Assembly (NCBI GenBank): GCA_036388715.1
Contig: DASVRH010000405.1
Span: 1-41,430 of the forward strand
DNA length: 41,430 nucleotides
Reading direction: 5' to 3'
Source of the DNA: Solirubrobacteraceae bacterium
GTDB lineage: Bacteria; Actinomycetota; Thermoleophilia; Solirubrobacterales; Solirubrobacteraceae
Shown here: in pieces, positions 17,043-26,985 of the stretch
Position numbering within the stretch: the stretch's first letter is position 1
How the letters are laid out: the number at the start of each line of letters is the position of its first letter
Position numbers and translations under genes: made by a program
The notes under the pieces: generated by a model
Seen by the model: only the letters and a program-made list of their open reading frames with translations
The model's database searches: none
Told to the model about the DNA's origin: nothing

Positions 17043-18578
17043 ATGCAGTCCACGCCCGCGACCCGCGCCCAGCTGGTCCGCGCCGACCCCCGGCGCGAGG
17101 ACCGCCTGCGCGTCGCCGTCTACGCGCTCGGCGGGTTCGCGCTGATCGCCGGGCCGCTCCTCGCGGCGCTGAACCCGTCGACCGACGTGCTGCTCATCGC
17201 CGCGACCGCGCTGGTGCTGATCGCGCCGCTCGCGGTCCGGGCCGTGCAGGGGCGGTTCGATCCGTTCGAGCCGATCGTGATCTTCTGCCTCGCCTACGGC
17301 GTGATGTTCGTCGTCCGCCCGGCGGCGATGCTCGTCAACAACGACATGACGTTCTCGATCGCGATGCAGGGCATCGACGTCCAGGACACGTTCCGCCCCG
17401 CGCTCGTCCTCGGGCTGCTCGGCGCCATCGGGTTCGTGGGCGCGCACTCCGCGCGCCTCGGCTCGCGGATCGCCGAGCGCATCCCGACCCCGCCCGAGCC
17501 GAGCCTCGACCGGATCCTGCTGGCGGGCGGCGCGCTGTGGGGCTTCGGCGCGGTGCTCTACGGCCTGTTCCTCTCCTCGGCGGCCGGCCGGCGCTCGATC
17601 GTCGACGTGATCCTGTCCGGCCGCAGCTTCGAGCTGACCCAGGCCTACAAGGCGTCGAGCGGCTACCTCTACAACGCGCCGTTCCTCATGGTCTCGGCGA
17701 CGCTGATCTTCTTCGGCGTCGGCCTCGCCCGCCGCAGCGGGCGCCTGCTCGGCCTCGCGGCGTTCTCGACGGCGACCCTCCTCCTCCTGCTCGGGCCCTC
17801 CGGCAGCCGGACGATCCTCTTCCCGCTGCTGCTCGGCCTCGGCGTCATCTACTACACCAACCGCGGCACGCGGCCGAAGGCGATCTCGCTGCTCGTCGTC
17901 ACCCTGCTGGCGCTCACCGCCTCGGCGATCCTGCTCGACGTCCGCAGCAGCGCGGAGCGCCAGGCGATCGGTGTCAGCGCCGCGGTCCAGAAGACGTTGC
18001 GCGACCCGATCCGGATCTTCGCTCCGCTGACCAAGGACCACGACGCCGCCGAGCTTCCCGCCCTGGCCGCCGCGCTGAACGTCGTGCCCTCGGTCGTCGA
18101 CCACCAGTGGGCGTCCGGCACCGCGCAGGACGCGCTCGCGCGCCCGATCCCGCGGCAGCTGTGGAGCGGCAAGCCGCGCCAGCCGAAGGAGCGCGTGATC
18201 GAGGCGCTGTGGCCGACGCTCTACCAGTACGGCGTGGCGAACCCGGAGTTCTCCGTGCTGCTGCCGTTCTACATCGACGGCGGCTACCCGGGCGCGCTGG
18301 TCGGGATGATGCTCTACGGCCTGCTCGCCGGGACCCTCTACCGGTGGTACCGGCGCTCGGCCGACAACGTGGGCACGCGCGTCATGTTCGCGTCGGCGCT
18401 GCCCTTCATCGTCAGCGCCGTGCGCGACACGCCGGTCGACACCCTGTACCGACTGACGTTCGTGGCGCTGCCGGTGCTGCTGATCTTCTACTTCGTCGCG
18501 TCGCCGGAGCGGACCGCGAGGGTCGGCGTCCTCCGGCCGCGGCGCGCGGTCCGCCGCACGCTCATCGAGCCGTCGTAG
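17043..18578 (+). CDS. Polytopic membrane protein, probable oligosaccharide repeat-unit polymerase (Wzy-like)
   Basis: About 10-12 hydrophobic helices lie inside the glycan locus. ATG at 17043 (MQSTPATRAQL...) is preferred over the track start at 16929. The family call rests on context and topology only. Confidence 0.6.
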   Translation: MQSTPATRAQLVRADPRREDRLRVAVYALGGFALIAGPLLAALNPSTDVLLIAATALVLIAPLAVRAVQGRFDPFEPIVIFCLAYGVMFVVRPAAMLVNNDMTFSIAMQGIDVQDTFRPALVLGLLGAIGFVGAHSARLGSRIAERIPTPPEPSLDRILLAGGALWGFGAVLYGLFLSSAAGRRSIVDVILSGRSFELTQAYKASSGYLYNAPFLMVSATLIFFGVGLARRSGRLLGLAAFSTATLLLLLGPSGSRTILFPLLLGLGVIYYTNRGTRPKAISLLVVTLLALTASAILLDVRSSAERQAIGVSAAVQKTLRDPIRIFAPLTKDHDAAELPALAAALNVVPSVVDHQWASGTAQDALARPIPRQLWSGKPRQPKERVIEALWPTLYQYGVANPEFSVLLPFYIDGGYPGALVGMMLYGLLAGTLYRWYRRSADNVGTRVMFASALPFIVSAVRDTPVDTLYRLTFVALPVLLIFYFVASPERTARVGVLRPRRAVRRTLIEPS

Positions 18579-19293
18579 GCCGGCGCCGGAAGAGGAAGTC
18601 GCCCTGGACCTGCGTGCGGTCCGGGCCGGGGGTGATGTTGAAGACGCCGGCCAGCGAGAGCCCGTGCCGGCCCAGCTCGGAGATGATCTCGCTGGCCAGG
18701 GCCTGCCCGGCGTAGAGCTCCTCGAACGAGCACTCGACGTAGGCCTCGTCGACGGCGGCGAGTGTCGCGTGGGCGCCGCGCAGGACCTCCAGCTCGAAGC
18801 CCTGGACGTCGATCTTCAGCAGGCACGGCCGCTCGATCTCCCCGACGAGGTCGTCGAGGCGCGCGACGGGCACGTCGACGGCCTCGGCCCGCTCGGTCCC
18901 GAACAGCTCGTGCTGGCGCTCGCCGATCGGGCGCAGCGACGAGGAGTCGTCGGCCGTCGCGACGTTCATGACCTCCGTGCCCGCGCTCTCGCCGAGCGCC
19001 GTGGCGTGGACCTCGACGCGGTCGCCGAGGACGGCGACGAGCTGCGACCGGGGGCGCTCGAGCGGCTCGAAGCAGACGACGCGGGCCGACGGCCAGCGGC
19101 CCGTCGCGAACAGCGAGAACTGGCCGCTCGCGGCGCCCACGTCGAGCACCGTGCGGTGGCCGTCGGAGAACGGGACGCGCTCGTGCTCGGCGCCGGCCGC
19201 GACGCCTTGTCGCAGCGCGTCGCGGTAGGGCTTCCGGGTGAGGATGCGCGCCAGCTTGCGGGCGCGGAGATGGGTCTCCCGGAGGCGATTCAC
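18562..19293 (-). CDS. FkbM-family SAM-dependent methyltransferase
   Basis: VLDVGAASGQFSLFA is the SAM-binding glycine loop. Also present are VVCFEP..., LLKIDVQGFELEVLRGA and the FEELY tail typical of Methyltransf_21/FkbM. Confidence 0.85.
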   Translation of the reverse strand: MNRLRETHLRARKLARILTRKPYRDALRQGVAAGAEHERVPFSDGHRTVLDVGAASGQFSLFATGRWPSARVVCFEPLERPRSQLVAVLGDRVEVHATALGESAGTEVMNVATADDSSSLRPIGERQHELFGTERAEAVDVPVARLDDLVGEIERPCLLKIDVQGFELEVLRGAHATLAAVDEAYVECSFEELYAGQALASEIISELGRHGLSLAGVFNITPGPDRTQVQGDFLFRRRPTTAR

Positions 19294-19312
19294 GGCGCGG
19301 GAGCGTACAGGT

Positions 19313-20428
19313 TCAGAACTCCTGCACCACGGCGGCGTCGCGGGCGCCGAGCAGCTCCATCAGCGCCCGGTGCTGCGCCTGCGAGCGCGTGCACTCCTCG
19401 ACCATCGACGCCTTGATCGCCGTCGCGCGCCGCCCGCGGTCGTCGTCGTCGATCGAGAACCCGGCCAGCCGTTCGAGGACGAACGCGGTGAAGTCGCCGT
19501 GGCGGTCGCAGACGGCGCCGCTCTCGCCCGAGACCATCTCGGGAAGGCAGCCGCGGTCGAAGGCGAGGACGGGGACGCCGGCGGCCAGCGACTCGTAGCC
19601 GACGTTCGGCGCCGCCTCCTGCTCGAAGCGCGTGGGGAACAGGAAGACGTCGAGCCCGCGGTAGAAGTCGCGCTTCTCGGCGCCCGCGAGCGGGCCGTGG
19701 GTGCGGACCGCGTCGCCGTAGGCCGCCCGCAGCGCGGCGAGGCGCGGCTCGACCTCGGGCTCCACGACCGGGCCGGCGACGTGCAGCTCAGCGTCCGCGC
19801 CCTCCCGCCGCAGCGCCTCGTAGGCGTCCGCGACGTCGAAGAACCCCTTCTCACGACAGAGGTTCGACAGGTGGCCCAGGCGCAGCGGGCCGGGCGCGCG
19901 CGGCACCACGGGCGCCGCCGCCTCGTCGCACACGTAGCGCGCGTTCGACGCCACGAGGTGGGTGACCTCGCCGTAGCGGGCCCGGAACCCGTCGGCCTGG
20001 CCCGGTGAGAGGAAGACGTGCGTGGTCTTCTCGGGGAACGCCTGCGTCAGTCGCTGCATCGGCCCCACCAGCTCGTCGATGTAGCGGAACGAGCGGTGGT
20101 GGCAGACGAGCCGCGCGTACCGCGCGCCGACCGCCTTGACCTGGGCGAGCGTGTACCAGAGGCCTGAGCCGGCGTTGGGGACGAAGTAGAGCGTCGCGTC
20201 GGGTCGCGCGGCCCTGCGTGCGCCCACGAGGGCGGTCGTGTTGCCGCGGATCCGCTCGGCGTGGAAGCGCAGGGAGCGCTTGTGCGACACCGTCGAGGCG
20301 GACGTGTCGAGCTTGACCGCCTCGACGCCGGCGTCGCGCAGCGACTGGTGGAGGATCGCGTTGTTCTTCGCGGCGCCTCCGACCGGCGGCGGGAACGCGC
20401 CGAGGATGACGGTGCGCGGCGCGCTCAC
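19313..20428 (-). CDS. GT4-family glycosyltransferase
   Basis: GTG at 20428 forms a GTGA start/stop overlap with the upstream gene. The C-terminal core reads LHVAGP...DVFLFPTRFEQEAAPNVGYESLAAGVPVLAFDRGCLPEMV (the E-x7-E region). The track ORF extending to 20968 is a read-through. Confidence 0.8.
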   Translation of the reverse strand: MSAPRTVILGAFPPPVGGAAKNNAILHQSLRDAGVEAVKLDTSASTVSHKRSLRFHAERIRGNTTALVGARRAARPDATLYFVPNAGSGLWYTLAQVKAVGARYARLVCHHRSFRYIDELVGPMQRLTQAFPEKTTHVFLSPGQADGFRARYGEVTHLVASNARYVCDEAAAPVVPRAPGPLRLGHLSNLCREKGFFDVADAYEALRREGADAELHVAGPVVEPEVEPRLAALRAAYGDAVRTHGPLAGAEKRDFYRGLDVFLFPTRFEQEAAPNVGYESLAAGVPVLAFDRGCLPEMVSGESGAVCDRHGDFTAFVLERLAGFSIDDDDRGRRATAIKASMVEECTRSQAQHRALMELLGARDAAVVQEF

Positions 20429-21429
20429 CGGCGCTTGAACTCGGCCGGGTGCTCGCGACGCAGCCAGTCGACCGTGTCGGCGATGCCCTGCTCGAGCGAG
20501 ACCGGGCCGCGGCCCAGCGCCTCGAGGGCGGGCGCCATCGGCACCGCGTAGTCGGCGGTGATGCGGAAGAGGCGCCCGCGGTCGAACGGCGCGCCGCGGC
20601 CGGCCCGCTTGATCAGCTCGCCGGCCTCGGCGCCCGCCTTCAGCAGCGCGCGCGGCACGCGGCGCGCGGGCTTGCCGGTCAGCGTCCGCGAGAACCCGTC
20701 CAGCCACGTGGCGAGCGGCATCGGCTCGTCGCCCACGTAGAAGACCTGGTGGTCGACGGCCTCCGCGGGCCCCTTGGCCGCCGCCAGCAGCTGGGCGGCG
20801 ACGTTCTCGACGTAGCCGAAGCTGCGGATCGTCCGCGCGCCGCGCGGGATCGCGTACCAGCGGCGGTTGAGGTACTTCCACGTCGAGAGCGCGAAGCTCG
20901 GGTGGTAGGGGCCCCACACGTTCGTCGGTCGCGCGATCGTCCACTCGAGGTCGTCGGCGTGCGTCCACAGCACCTCCTCGGACGTCGCCTTCGTCTTGCC
21001 GTACTCGCTGTAGGGCCGGTAGTCGCGCGGCCCGGACGGCGCGTAGCCGGGCTCCACCACGAGCTGCGTCGAGATGTGGACGATCCGCGGCGGGGCGTCG
21101 ACCGCGCGGGCGGCGCCGACGAGGTTCTCGACCCCGACGTAGTTGACCGCCATGTCCTCGTAGCTCAGCGCGAGGTCGGCGACCGCGGCGAGGTTGACGA
21201 TCGCGTCGGGGCGGAACTCGGCGACGAGCCGCTTCAGCCCCTCGGCGTCCATCAGGTCGAGTTCGCGCCAGTGGTCGCCCTGCTCACCGAGGAGGGGACG
21301 GCGGATGTCGACGTTGACGACGTCGTCGCCGGCGGCGAGCGCGGCCGCGACGGTGTGCGTGCCGATGAAGCCGGACCCGCCCGCAACGAGCAGGCGCGAG
21401 CCCGCGGAGTCGCCGGAGCCGTCTGACAT
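20425..21429 (-). CDS. NAD-dependent epimerase/dehydratase family protein
   Basis: ATG at 21429 gives MSDGSGDSAGSRLLVAGGSGFIGTHTV..., with a YSEYGKTK (YxxxK) motif. Confidence 0.8.
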   Translation of the reverse strand: MSDGSGDSAGSRLLVAGGSGFIGTHTVAAALAAGDDVVNVDIRRPLLGEQGDHWRELDLMDAEGLKRLVAEFRPDAIVNLAAVADLALSYEDMAVNYVGVENLVGAARAVDAPPRIVHISTQLVVEPGYAPSGPRDYRPYSEYGKTKATSEEVLWTHADDLEWTIARPTNVWGPYHPSFALSTWKYLNRRWYAIPRGARTIRSFGYVENVAAQLLAAAKGPAEAVDHQVFYVGDEPMPLATWLDGFSRTLTGKPARRVPRALLKAGAEAGELIKRAGRGAPFDRGRLFRITADYAVPMAPALEALGRGPVSLEQGIADTVDWLRREHPAEFKRR

Positions 21430-21449
21430 GCGCGGGGAGGGTAGCGACG

Positions 21450-22679
21450 CTATGGGCGCGCGAGGACGACCACGGTCATCCCGATCATCGCCGCCAGGCC
21501 GACGGCGTACGAGCCGGAGATCGCCCACGCGACCCCCTCGGGGCCCCAGTGGGTGCCGGCGACGATCAGCGACGGGATGGCGACGGCGGCCGTGACGCCC
21601 TCGGCGATCGTCCCGAGCGCGGGCTCGCCGGCGCCGCGTGTCCCGTCCGTCAGCACGCGCCGCAGCCCGAGGAACAGCGAGCCGACCAGGAGGATGTGCG
21701 CGAGCGGCACGGCGTCCTGGAACTCATCGCCGAAGAACAGCGGGATGAGCGTGCCGATCGCGACCTCGAGGACGGCGATCGCCGTGGCGCAGACGACGAA
21801 GGCCAGGAGGAAGAACCGCCAGACCGCGGCGCGCGCCTCCGCGCGGGTCGCCTTGCCCGCGACGTGGGGGTAGGCGATCACGCCGAGGCTCTGGGGGATG
21901 AACAGACGCGTCAGGTTCGTGAAGGCCGCCGCGACGACGTAGAGGCCGAGGTCGGTCGCCGACAGCGCGAGCCCGATGAACAGCTGGTCGAGCTGGAAGC
22001 TCTCGAGCGGGGAGATCCAGCCGACCATCCCCTTCAGGCCGAAGCGCTTCATCTCGTCGAGCGGCGGCGGCGGCTTGCCGCCGGCGCGCGCGTGGCGCAC
22101 CGCGTCGACGAACGCGATCAGGCAGCCCGTCAGCATCGTGACCGCCCAGATCGCGGCCACGACCGGGATCTTCTCGACGCCCGCCGCGAAGATGGCGGCC
22201 AGGCCGATGCTGTAGAGCAGCGGGGCGACGAGCCGCGACACGTTGTACGCGCGGAAGCGCTGCTCGCCCTGGAGCGCCGCCTGCGCCCAGTTGAGCATGA
22301 AGAGCGCAGGCAGTCCCAGGACCGACAACGCGGCGGCGAGCTGCACGCTCCCGTCCTCGTTGTGGAAGACCACGGCGACGACGACCAGCTCGACGAGGAG
22401 GCAGACCGCGAACTGGCTCAGCGCGGGTCGCCGGACCACCCCCAGGAGCGCGCGCACGTCGTGGCCCTGCGCCGCGTAGTACGTCACGGCCGTGTGCAGT
22501 CCCAGGGTCCCGGAGATCGAGAGGATCAGCGGGAAGAGCAGCATCAGCGCCAGGTGACCGCGGTTCTCGACGCCGAGCAGCCGCGCGACGAGGATCCCGC
22601 TCGCGACGAGCATCCCCTGCGCCACCACTCCGGTGGCGACCGTCTCGATGCTGTCGCGTCTGACCGAGTTGGCCGCCAT
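21450..22679 (-). CDS. Wzx-like polysaccharide flippase (MOP superfamily)
   Basis: ATG at 22679 gives MAANSVRRDSIETVATGVVAQGMLVASGILVARLLGVENRG..., followed by about 12 hydrophobic helices. The track ORF extending to 23684 is an in-frame read-through across the next gene. Confidence 0.8.
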   Translation of the reverse strand: MAANSVRRDSIETVATGVVAQGMLVASGILVARLLGVENRGHLALMLLFPLILSISGTLGLHTAVTYYAAQGHDVRALLGVVRRPALSQFAVCLLVELVVVAVVFHNEDGSVQLAAALSVLGLPALFMLNWAQAALQGEQRFRAYNVSRLVAPLLYSIGLAAIFAAGVEKIPVVAAIWAVTMLTGCLIAFVDAVRHARAGGKPPPPLDEMKRFGLKGMVGWISPLESFQLDQLFIGLALSATDLGLYVVAAAFTNLTRLFIPQSLGVIAYPHVAGKATRAEARAAVWRFFLLAFVVCATAIAVLEVAIGTLIPLFFGDEFQDAVPLAHILLVGSLFLGLRRVLTDGTRGAGEPALGTIAEGVTAAVAIPSLIVAGTHWGPEGVAWAISGSYAVGLAAMIGMTVVVLARP

Positions 22680-22693
22680 CGGAGGCCGACCGC

Positions 22694-23632
22694 TCAGCGC
22701 AGGCGCGCCCGGTGCCACGCGACCTGCTCGCGCAGGCCGTTGGCGACGTTCCACTTCGGGTCGTAGCCCAGCTCCTCGCGCGCGAGCGAGATGTCGGCGG
22801 CGGTGTCGCGCGCGTCGCCGCGCTGGCGCTCCTCGTGGCGCACCTCGAGGCCGCCGGCCTCCTCGCGGATCACGTCGAGCACCTCGAGCATCGACACGCG
22901 CGAGCCGCCGCCGAGGTTGTACGCGCGGCCGGGCACGCCCTTCTCCGCCGCGAGGATGGTGCCCTCGACGGTGTCGGCGACGAAGGTGAAGTCGCGCGTC
23001 TGGCGCCCGTCCCCGAAGAGGCGGAACTCGCGCTCGTGCAGCCCCGCCTCGATCGCGCGGTGGAAGGCCATGTCGGGGCGCTGGCGCGGCCCGTAGACGG
23101 TGAAGTAGCGGAGGCTCAGCACCGGGACGTCGAAGCTCCGGTAGTACAGGTAGGACAGGTGCTCGCCGAGCGCCTTCGTGGCGCCGTACGGCGACACGGG
23201 CCGCAGGATCTGGTCCTCCGACGTGGGCAGCGCCTCGGCGTCGCCGTAGACCGACGACGAGGAGACGAAGACGAACTTCTGCAGCTCGGTCTGCCGCGCC
23301 GCCTCGAGCAGCCGCTGGAGCACCGTGACGTTCAGCTGCGTGTAGACGTCGAAGCTCTGACCCCAGCTCGCGCGTACGCCCGCCTGCGCGGCCAGGTGGA
23401 ACACGACGTCGACGTCCGCGAGGATCGCCGTCAGGTCCAGGTCGAGGATGTCCTGCTCGTGGTAGGTGCAGCGATGGTGGCCCGCGAAGGCCTGCGCGTT
23501 GCGCACCTTCGCCGCCGGCGAGTAGTAGGTCGTCAGCGAGTCGCACGCGACGACCTCCCAGCCGCGCTGGAGGCACGTCTCGGTCAGATGGGATCCCACG
23601 AACCCCGCCGCGCCGGTGATGAAGGCCCGCAT
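22694..23632 (-). CDS. NAD-dependent sugar-nucleotide epimerase (UDP-glucuronate/UDP-glucose 4-epimerase-like)
   Basis: MRAFITGAAGFVGSHL, SSSSVYGD, SPYGATK, LRYFTVYGPRQRPDMA and GDGRQTRDFTFVAD are typical of the WbpP/Cap1J-like epimerase branch. Confidence 0.85.
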   Translation of the reverse strand: MRAFITGAAGFVGSHLTETCLQRGWEVVACDSLTTYYSPAAKVRNAQAFAGHHRCTYHEQDILDLDLTAILADVDVVFHLAAQAGVRASWGQSFDVYTQLNVTVLQRLLEAARQTELQKFVFVSSSSVYGDAEALPTSEDQILRPVSPYGATKALGEHLSYLYYRSFDVPVLSLRYFTVYGPRQRPDMAFHRAIEAGLHEREFRLFGDGRQTRDFTFVADTVEGTILAAEKGVPGRAYNLGGGSRVSMLEVLDVIREEAGGLEVRHEERQRGDARDTAADISLAREELGYDPKWNVANGLREQVAWHRARLR

Positions 23633-23805
23633 AGGGCGGAGAGACTAGAAGCTGGATCAGCGGGAGCCGGGGCTCGCGCGCCACGACCCGAACACGCGTC
23701 CAGAACGCTGGCGGGGGCTAAGGCCCGCCGCTATGCTCGCCGCGAATACCACGGTGAGTCCGGCACGGGGCCGCGACGAACCCGCCGTGGCGGAGGGGAC
23801 CACTC

Positions 23806-25410
23806 TTGCTCGATTCGCGGCCACCCGAAGGATCTCCGAGTCGCCGTAGGGCCCTCAGGGCGCTGCGTCGCCGGCTTCCCGTCTTCCTGCTCGTCGCGGT
23901 CGCCGTCCCGGCGACCTCCGTCGCGTACTCGCTGACGCAGGAGAAGCAGTACACCTCGAGCGCCGCGCTGCTGTTCCGCGACTCCGGCCTCGACCAGGCC
24001 ATCCTCGGGATCCAGACCTACCGCACGAGCGGCGACTCCGCCCGCGACGCGGCGACGAACCTCAACCTCGCGAACCTCGACGTCGTCGCCGACCGCACGG
24101 CGCGACGACTCGGCGGCACGCTCCGGCGCAACGACGTCAAGAGCCGCATGGACATCAGCCAGGAGGGGCTCTCGAACATCGTCCGCGTCGAGGCCACCGA
24201 CGCCGACCCGCGGTTCGCCGCCCGTCTGGCCACGACGTTCGCCGAGGAGTTCATCGGCTTCCGCGAGGAGTCCGACAGCAAGCGGCTGGCCGATGCGCAG
24301 CGGATCACCAAGCAGCAGTACGAGGCGCTGCCGGCGGTCACCAAGAACAGCCCGCAGGGCCGCCAGCTGCGAGACCGCTCGCAGCAGCTGGAGATCCTCG
24401 CCTCGCTGCAGACCGGCGGCGCGGAGCTCGTCCAGCGCGCCGACGTGCCGTCGAGCCCGTCGTACCCGCGGCCGCTGCGCAACGCGATCATCGGGCTGCT
24501 GCTGGGGCTGGGCCTGGGCCTGATGCTCGCCTACCTGATCGACCGCCTCGACCGCCGCATCCAGGACCCGGAGGAGATGCAGGAGGAGTTCGCCAAGCCG
24601 ATCCTCGCGACGATCCCGCACAGCGCGAAGCTCGACAAGGGCAAGGGCATCCTCGCCCAGGACGCCGCCACCGCCGAGGCCTTCCGGATGCTCCGGGCGA
24701 ACCTCCGCTACTTCAACGTCGACCGCGGCCTGCACACCGTCCTCATCACCTCCGCCGCGCCGGGCGACGGCAAGAGCACCGTCGCCGCCAACCTCGCCGC
24801 GGCGGCCGCCGCGAACGGCATGAAGACGCTGCTCGTCGAGGTCGACCTCCGGCACCCGACGATCGCCAAGGGCCTCGGCGTCCCCGCGACGCCGGGTCTC
24901 ACGCACGTGCTGGCGCGCGACGCGCAGCTGGACCTCGTCGTGCGGGCCGTGGCCGTCCAGGCCGGCGATCACGACGCGGCGTCCGGCCGCACGATGGACG
25001 TCGTCGTGTCGGGCCCGCTGCCGCCGAACCCGACCGACCTCATCGAGTCCGAGCGCATGCGCGACGTCCTCCGTCAGGCCGCGCAGGAGTACGAGTTCGT
25101 CGTCATCGACACGCCGCCGACGGCGGTCGTGCCGGACGCGATCCCGCTCGTCACCCAGGTCGACGGCGTGGTCGTGGTCGGCCGTGTCGGCAAGAGCACG
25201 CGTGAGGCGCTGGCGCACCTGCGCAAGCAGCTCGACAACCTCGACGCGCCCACGCTGGGCGTCGTCGTCAACGACGTCAGCTCGAAGGCCGCGGGCTACG
25301 CGTACGGCTACGGCTACGGCTACCACGCCGACCCGGACGCCGTCGACGCGTCGATGACGATGAACGGCACGGCCGGCCGCCCGGCCGAAGACGAGCTGCT
25401 GAAGCGCTAG
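23806..25410 (+). CDS. Polysaccharide co-polymerase (Wzz) fused to a BY-type tyrosine autokinase
   Basis: It has an N-terminal TM helix plus a Wzz-like segment, Walker A ITSAAPGDGKST, Walker A' LLVEVDLRHP, Walker B FVVIDTPP and a C-terminal Tyr cluster GYAYGYGYGYH. TTG start at 23806 has GGAGGGG upstream. Confidence 0.9.
   Translation: MLDSRPPEGSPSRRRALRALRRRLPVFLLVAVAVPATSVAYSLTQEKQYTSSAALLFRDSGLDQAILGIQTYRTSGDSARDAATNLNLANLDVVADRTARRLGGTLRRNDVKSRMDISQEGLSNIVRVEATDADPRFAARLATTFAEEFIGFREESDSKRLADAQRITKQQYEALPAVTKNSPQGRQLRDRSQQLEILASLQTGGAELVQRADVPSSPSYPRPLRNAIIGLLLGLGLGLMLAYLIDRLDRRIQDPEEMQEEFAKPILATIPHSAKLDKGKGILAQDAATAEAFRMLRANLRYFNVDRGLHTVLITSAAPGDGKSTVAANLAAAAAANGMKTLLVEVDLRHPTIAKGLGVPATPGLTHVLARDAQLDLVVRAVAVQAGDHDAASGRTMDVVVSGPLPPNPTDLIESERMRDVLRQAAQEYEFVVIDTPPTAVVPDAIPLVTQVDGVVVVGRVGKSTREALAHLRKQLDNLDAPTLGVVVNDVSSKAAGYAYGYGYGYHADPDAVDASMTMNGTAGRPAEDELLKR
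25294..25323 (+). repeat. Hexanucleotide tandem repeat (GGCTAC GCGTAC GGCTAC GGCTAC GGCTAC) encoding the kinase Tyr cluster
   Basis: Read directly from the sequence. There are three perfect consecutive GGCTAC units, plus one further perfect unit separated from them by a degenerate GCGTAC unit. Confidence 0.8.
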
Positions 25411-26192
25411 CCGCGGCGCCGGCGCAGGAACCGGCCGACCCCGCGGGGCCGTGCGATCGGCTCCGGGCGCTCGGGCAGGTCGACGCCCGCGAGCATCGCG
25501 CGCGGCGCGTGGAGCGTGTACCACCCGAGCTGCCCGAGCACGCCGGGGAGATCTTGCTCGAGGCTCTCGAACGCCGGCCGCAGCTCGGGCGGGCGCCGCG
25601 TCGCGTCGTGCGCGTCGCTCGCGACGTTGTGGACGAGGCCGCGCTCGTACAGCTCGATCGAGAAGGCCCGCACGGTGCTGCCGAACTGGCCGGCCAGCGA
25701 GGCCGCCGTCACCGAGCAGAGGATCCCGCGCTCGACGAGCTCGGCCAGGCGGTCGGCGTCGCCGATGAACGAGGGCGAGCGCTCCGGGTGGGCGAGGACC
25801 GGCCGGACGTTGCGGGTCTGGAGGTCGAAGAGCGTCTCCTCGAGCAGCTCGCCCACGGAGGTGTAGGGCGTCTCCACCAGCGCGTAGCGACCCTCTCCGA
25901 GGCACAGGGCGCCCAGGGTCTCGTCGTCGAGGTCACCGACCCGGGTGATGGCGATCTCGCCGCCCGCCACGACGCGCAGCGCCGAGCCGCCGGACGCGAC
26001 CGCGGCGTTGACCTCGGCGACGCGCTCCGGGATGAGGGACGGCGCGAACGGGTGGTCCTCGCGGATGTGCGGCGTCGCCACGATCGTCTCGATGCCGGCG
26101 GCGGCGGCGTGCCGGGCCAGGGCGAGGCTGCCGTCGAGGTCGGGCGGCCCGTCGTCGAGCCCGGGGAGGACGTGGCAGTGCAGGTCGATCAA
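25407..26192 (-). CDS. PHP-family (CpsB/YwqE-type) protein-tyrosine phosphatase
   Basis: The TTG start gives MIDLHCHVLPGLDDGP...TIVATPHI..., the signature N-terminus of CpsB/CapC phosphatases. It is convergent with the BY-kinase, with a 4-nt overlap. Confidence 0.9.
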   Translation of the reverse strand: MIDLHCHVLPGLDDGPPDLDGSLALARHAAAAGIETIVATPHIREDHPFAPSLIPERVAEVNAAVASGGSALRVVAGGEIAITRVGDLDDETLGALCLGEGRYALVETPYTSVGELLEETLFDLQTRNVRPVLAHPERSPSFIGDADRLAELVERGILCSVTAASLAGQFGSTVRAFSIELYERGLVHNVASDAHDATRRPPELRPAFESLEQDLPGVLGQLGWYTLHAPRAMLAGVDLPERPEPIARPRGVGRFLRRRRG

Positions 26193-26199
26193 CGCGCGG

Positions 26200-26889
26200 T
26201 CACGCGGCCGGCGGCGGCGTGACCCGGAAGCGCAGGACGCCGATCGCCTTCTCGGCGGGCTGCTCGTCCCACGGCCTGACGCCGAGCTCCGCGCGGCCGC
26301 CGAGCCGGCGCAGCAGCGCCGCTCGTCCCGGGGTGAGGGGGAACCGCAGCGTCGTGGTGACGCCCTCCATCGTCGGCACGCGGACGTCGCCCGACGGCGC
26401 CGCGTCGAGGCGTACGCCGTTGAGGTTCACGTAGATCTCCTGGCCCCCGGCGATGATGCCCTGCTCGGCGCCGGTCTCGTTGCGGACGCGCAGCCGGAGG
26501 ATCAGGGAGGCCGGGGTCGACGAGGCCGACAGGAGGCGCACCTGCGTGCCGCCGAGCAGCAGCGGGCGGTCCTCGCCGCCGAGCAGGAGCGTGGCGCTGC
26601 GCGTGCTGCAGCGGACGGCGTCGTCGGACGGGCCCGGGTCGGCGACCTCGCTGCACGGCGGGACGCCGCCCGCGTCCGACGAGGTCGTGGTGGGAGCCGT
26701 CGTCGTGGTCGTCCCGGGCACCGTGGCGCCCGCGGGCTCGTTGGTGCCGCTCTCGCGCGGCGGCGCGTCGTCGGCGCGGCCGAACGCAATGATCGCGACG
26801 TCCGCCGCGAGGACGAGCACGAGCACGGCGATGATCGCCTTCTCGAGCGCGGTCGCGCTGCTGAACCTCTTGCCGAATCCCGATGCCAT
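26200..26889 (-). CDS. Hypothetical single-pass membrane protein with a Thr/Pro-rich linker
   Basis: The ATG at 26889 is 3 codons inside the track's TTG start. One TM helix (IIAVLVLVLAADVAIIAF) is followed by a TTTTAPTTTS linker and a beta-rich domain. It lies upstream of the phosphatase in the same operon. Confidence 0.55.
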   Translation of the reverse strand: MASGFGKRFSSATALEKAIIAVLVLVLAADVAIIAFGRADDAPPRESGTNEPAGATVPGTTTTTAPTTTSSDAGGVPPCSEVADPGPSDDAVRCSTRSATLLLGGEDRPLLLGGTQVRLLSASSTPASLILRLRVRNETGAEQGIIAGGQEIYVNLNGVRLDAAPSGDVRVPTMEGVTTTLRFPLTPGRAALLRRLGGRAELGVRPWDEQPAEKAIGVLRFRVTPPPAA

Positions 26890-26985
26890 GGCTGCCAATC
26901 CCGACGGGGGAGCGCCGACGTTAGCCGAATCGGCCCCCCTCGCGACGGCAATGCACCTTCCGCACGTCCTTTAGGCTCCCTGCCG

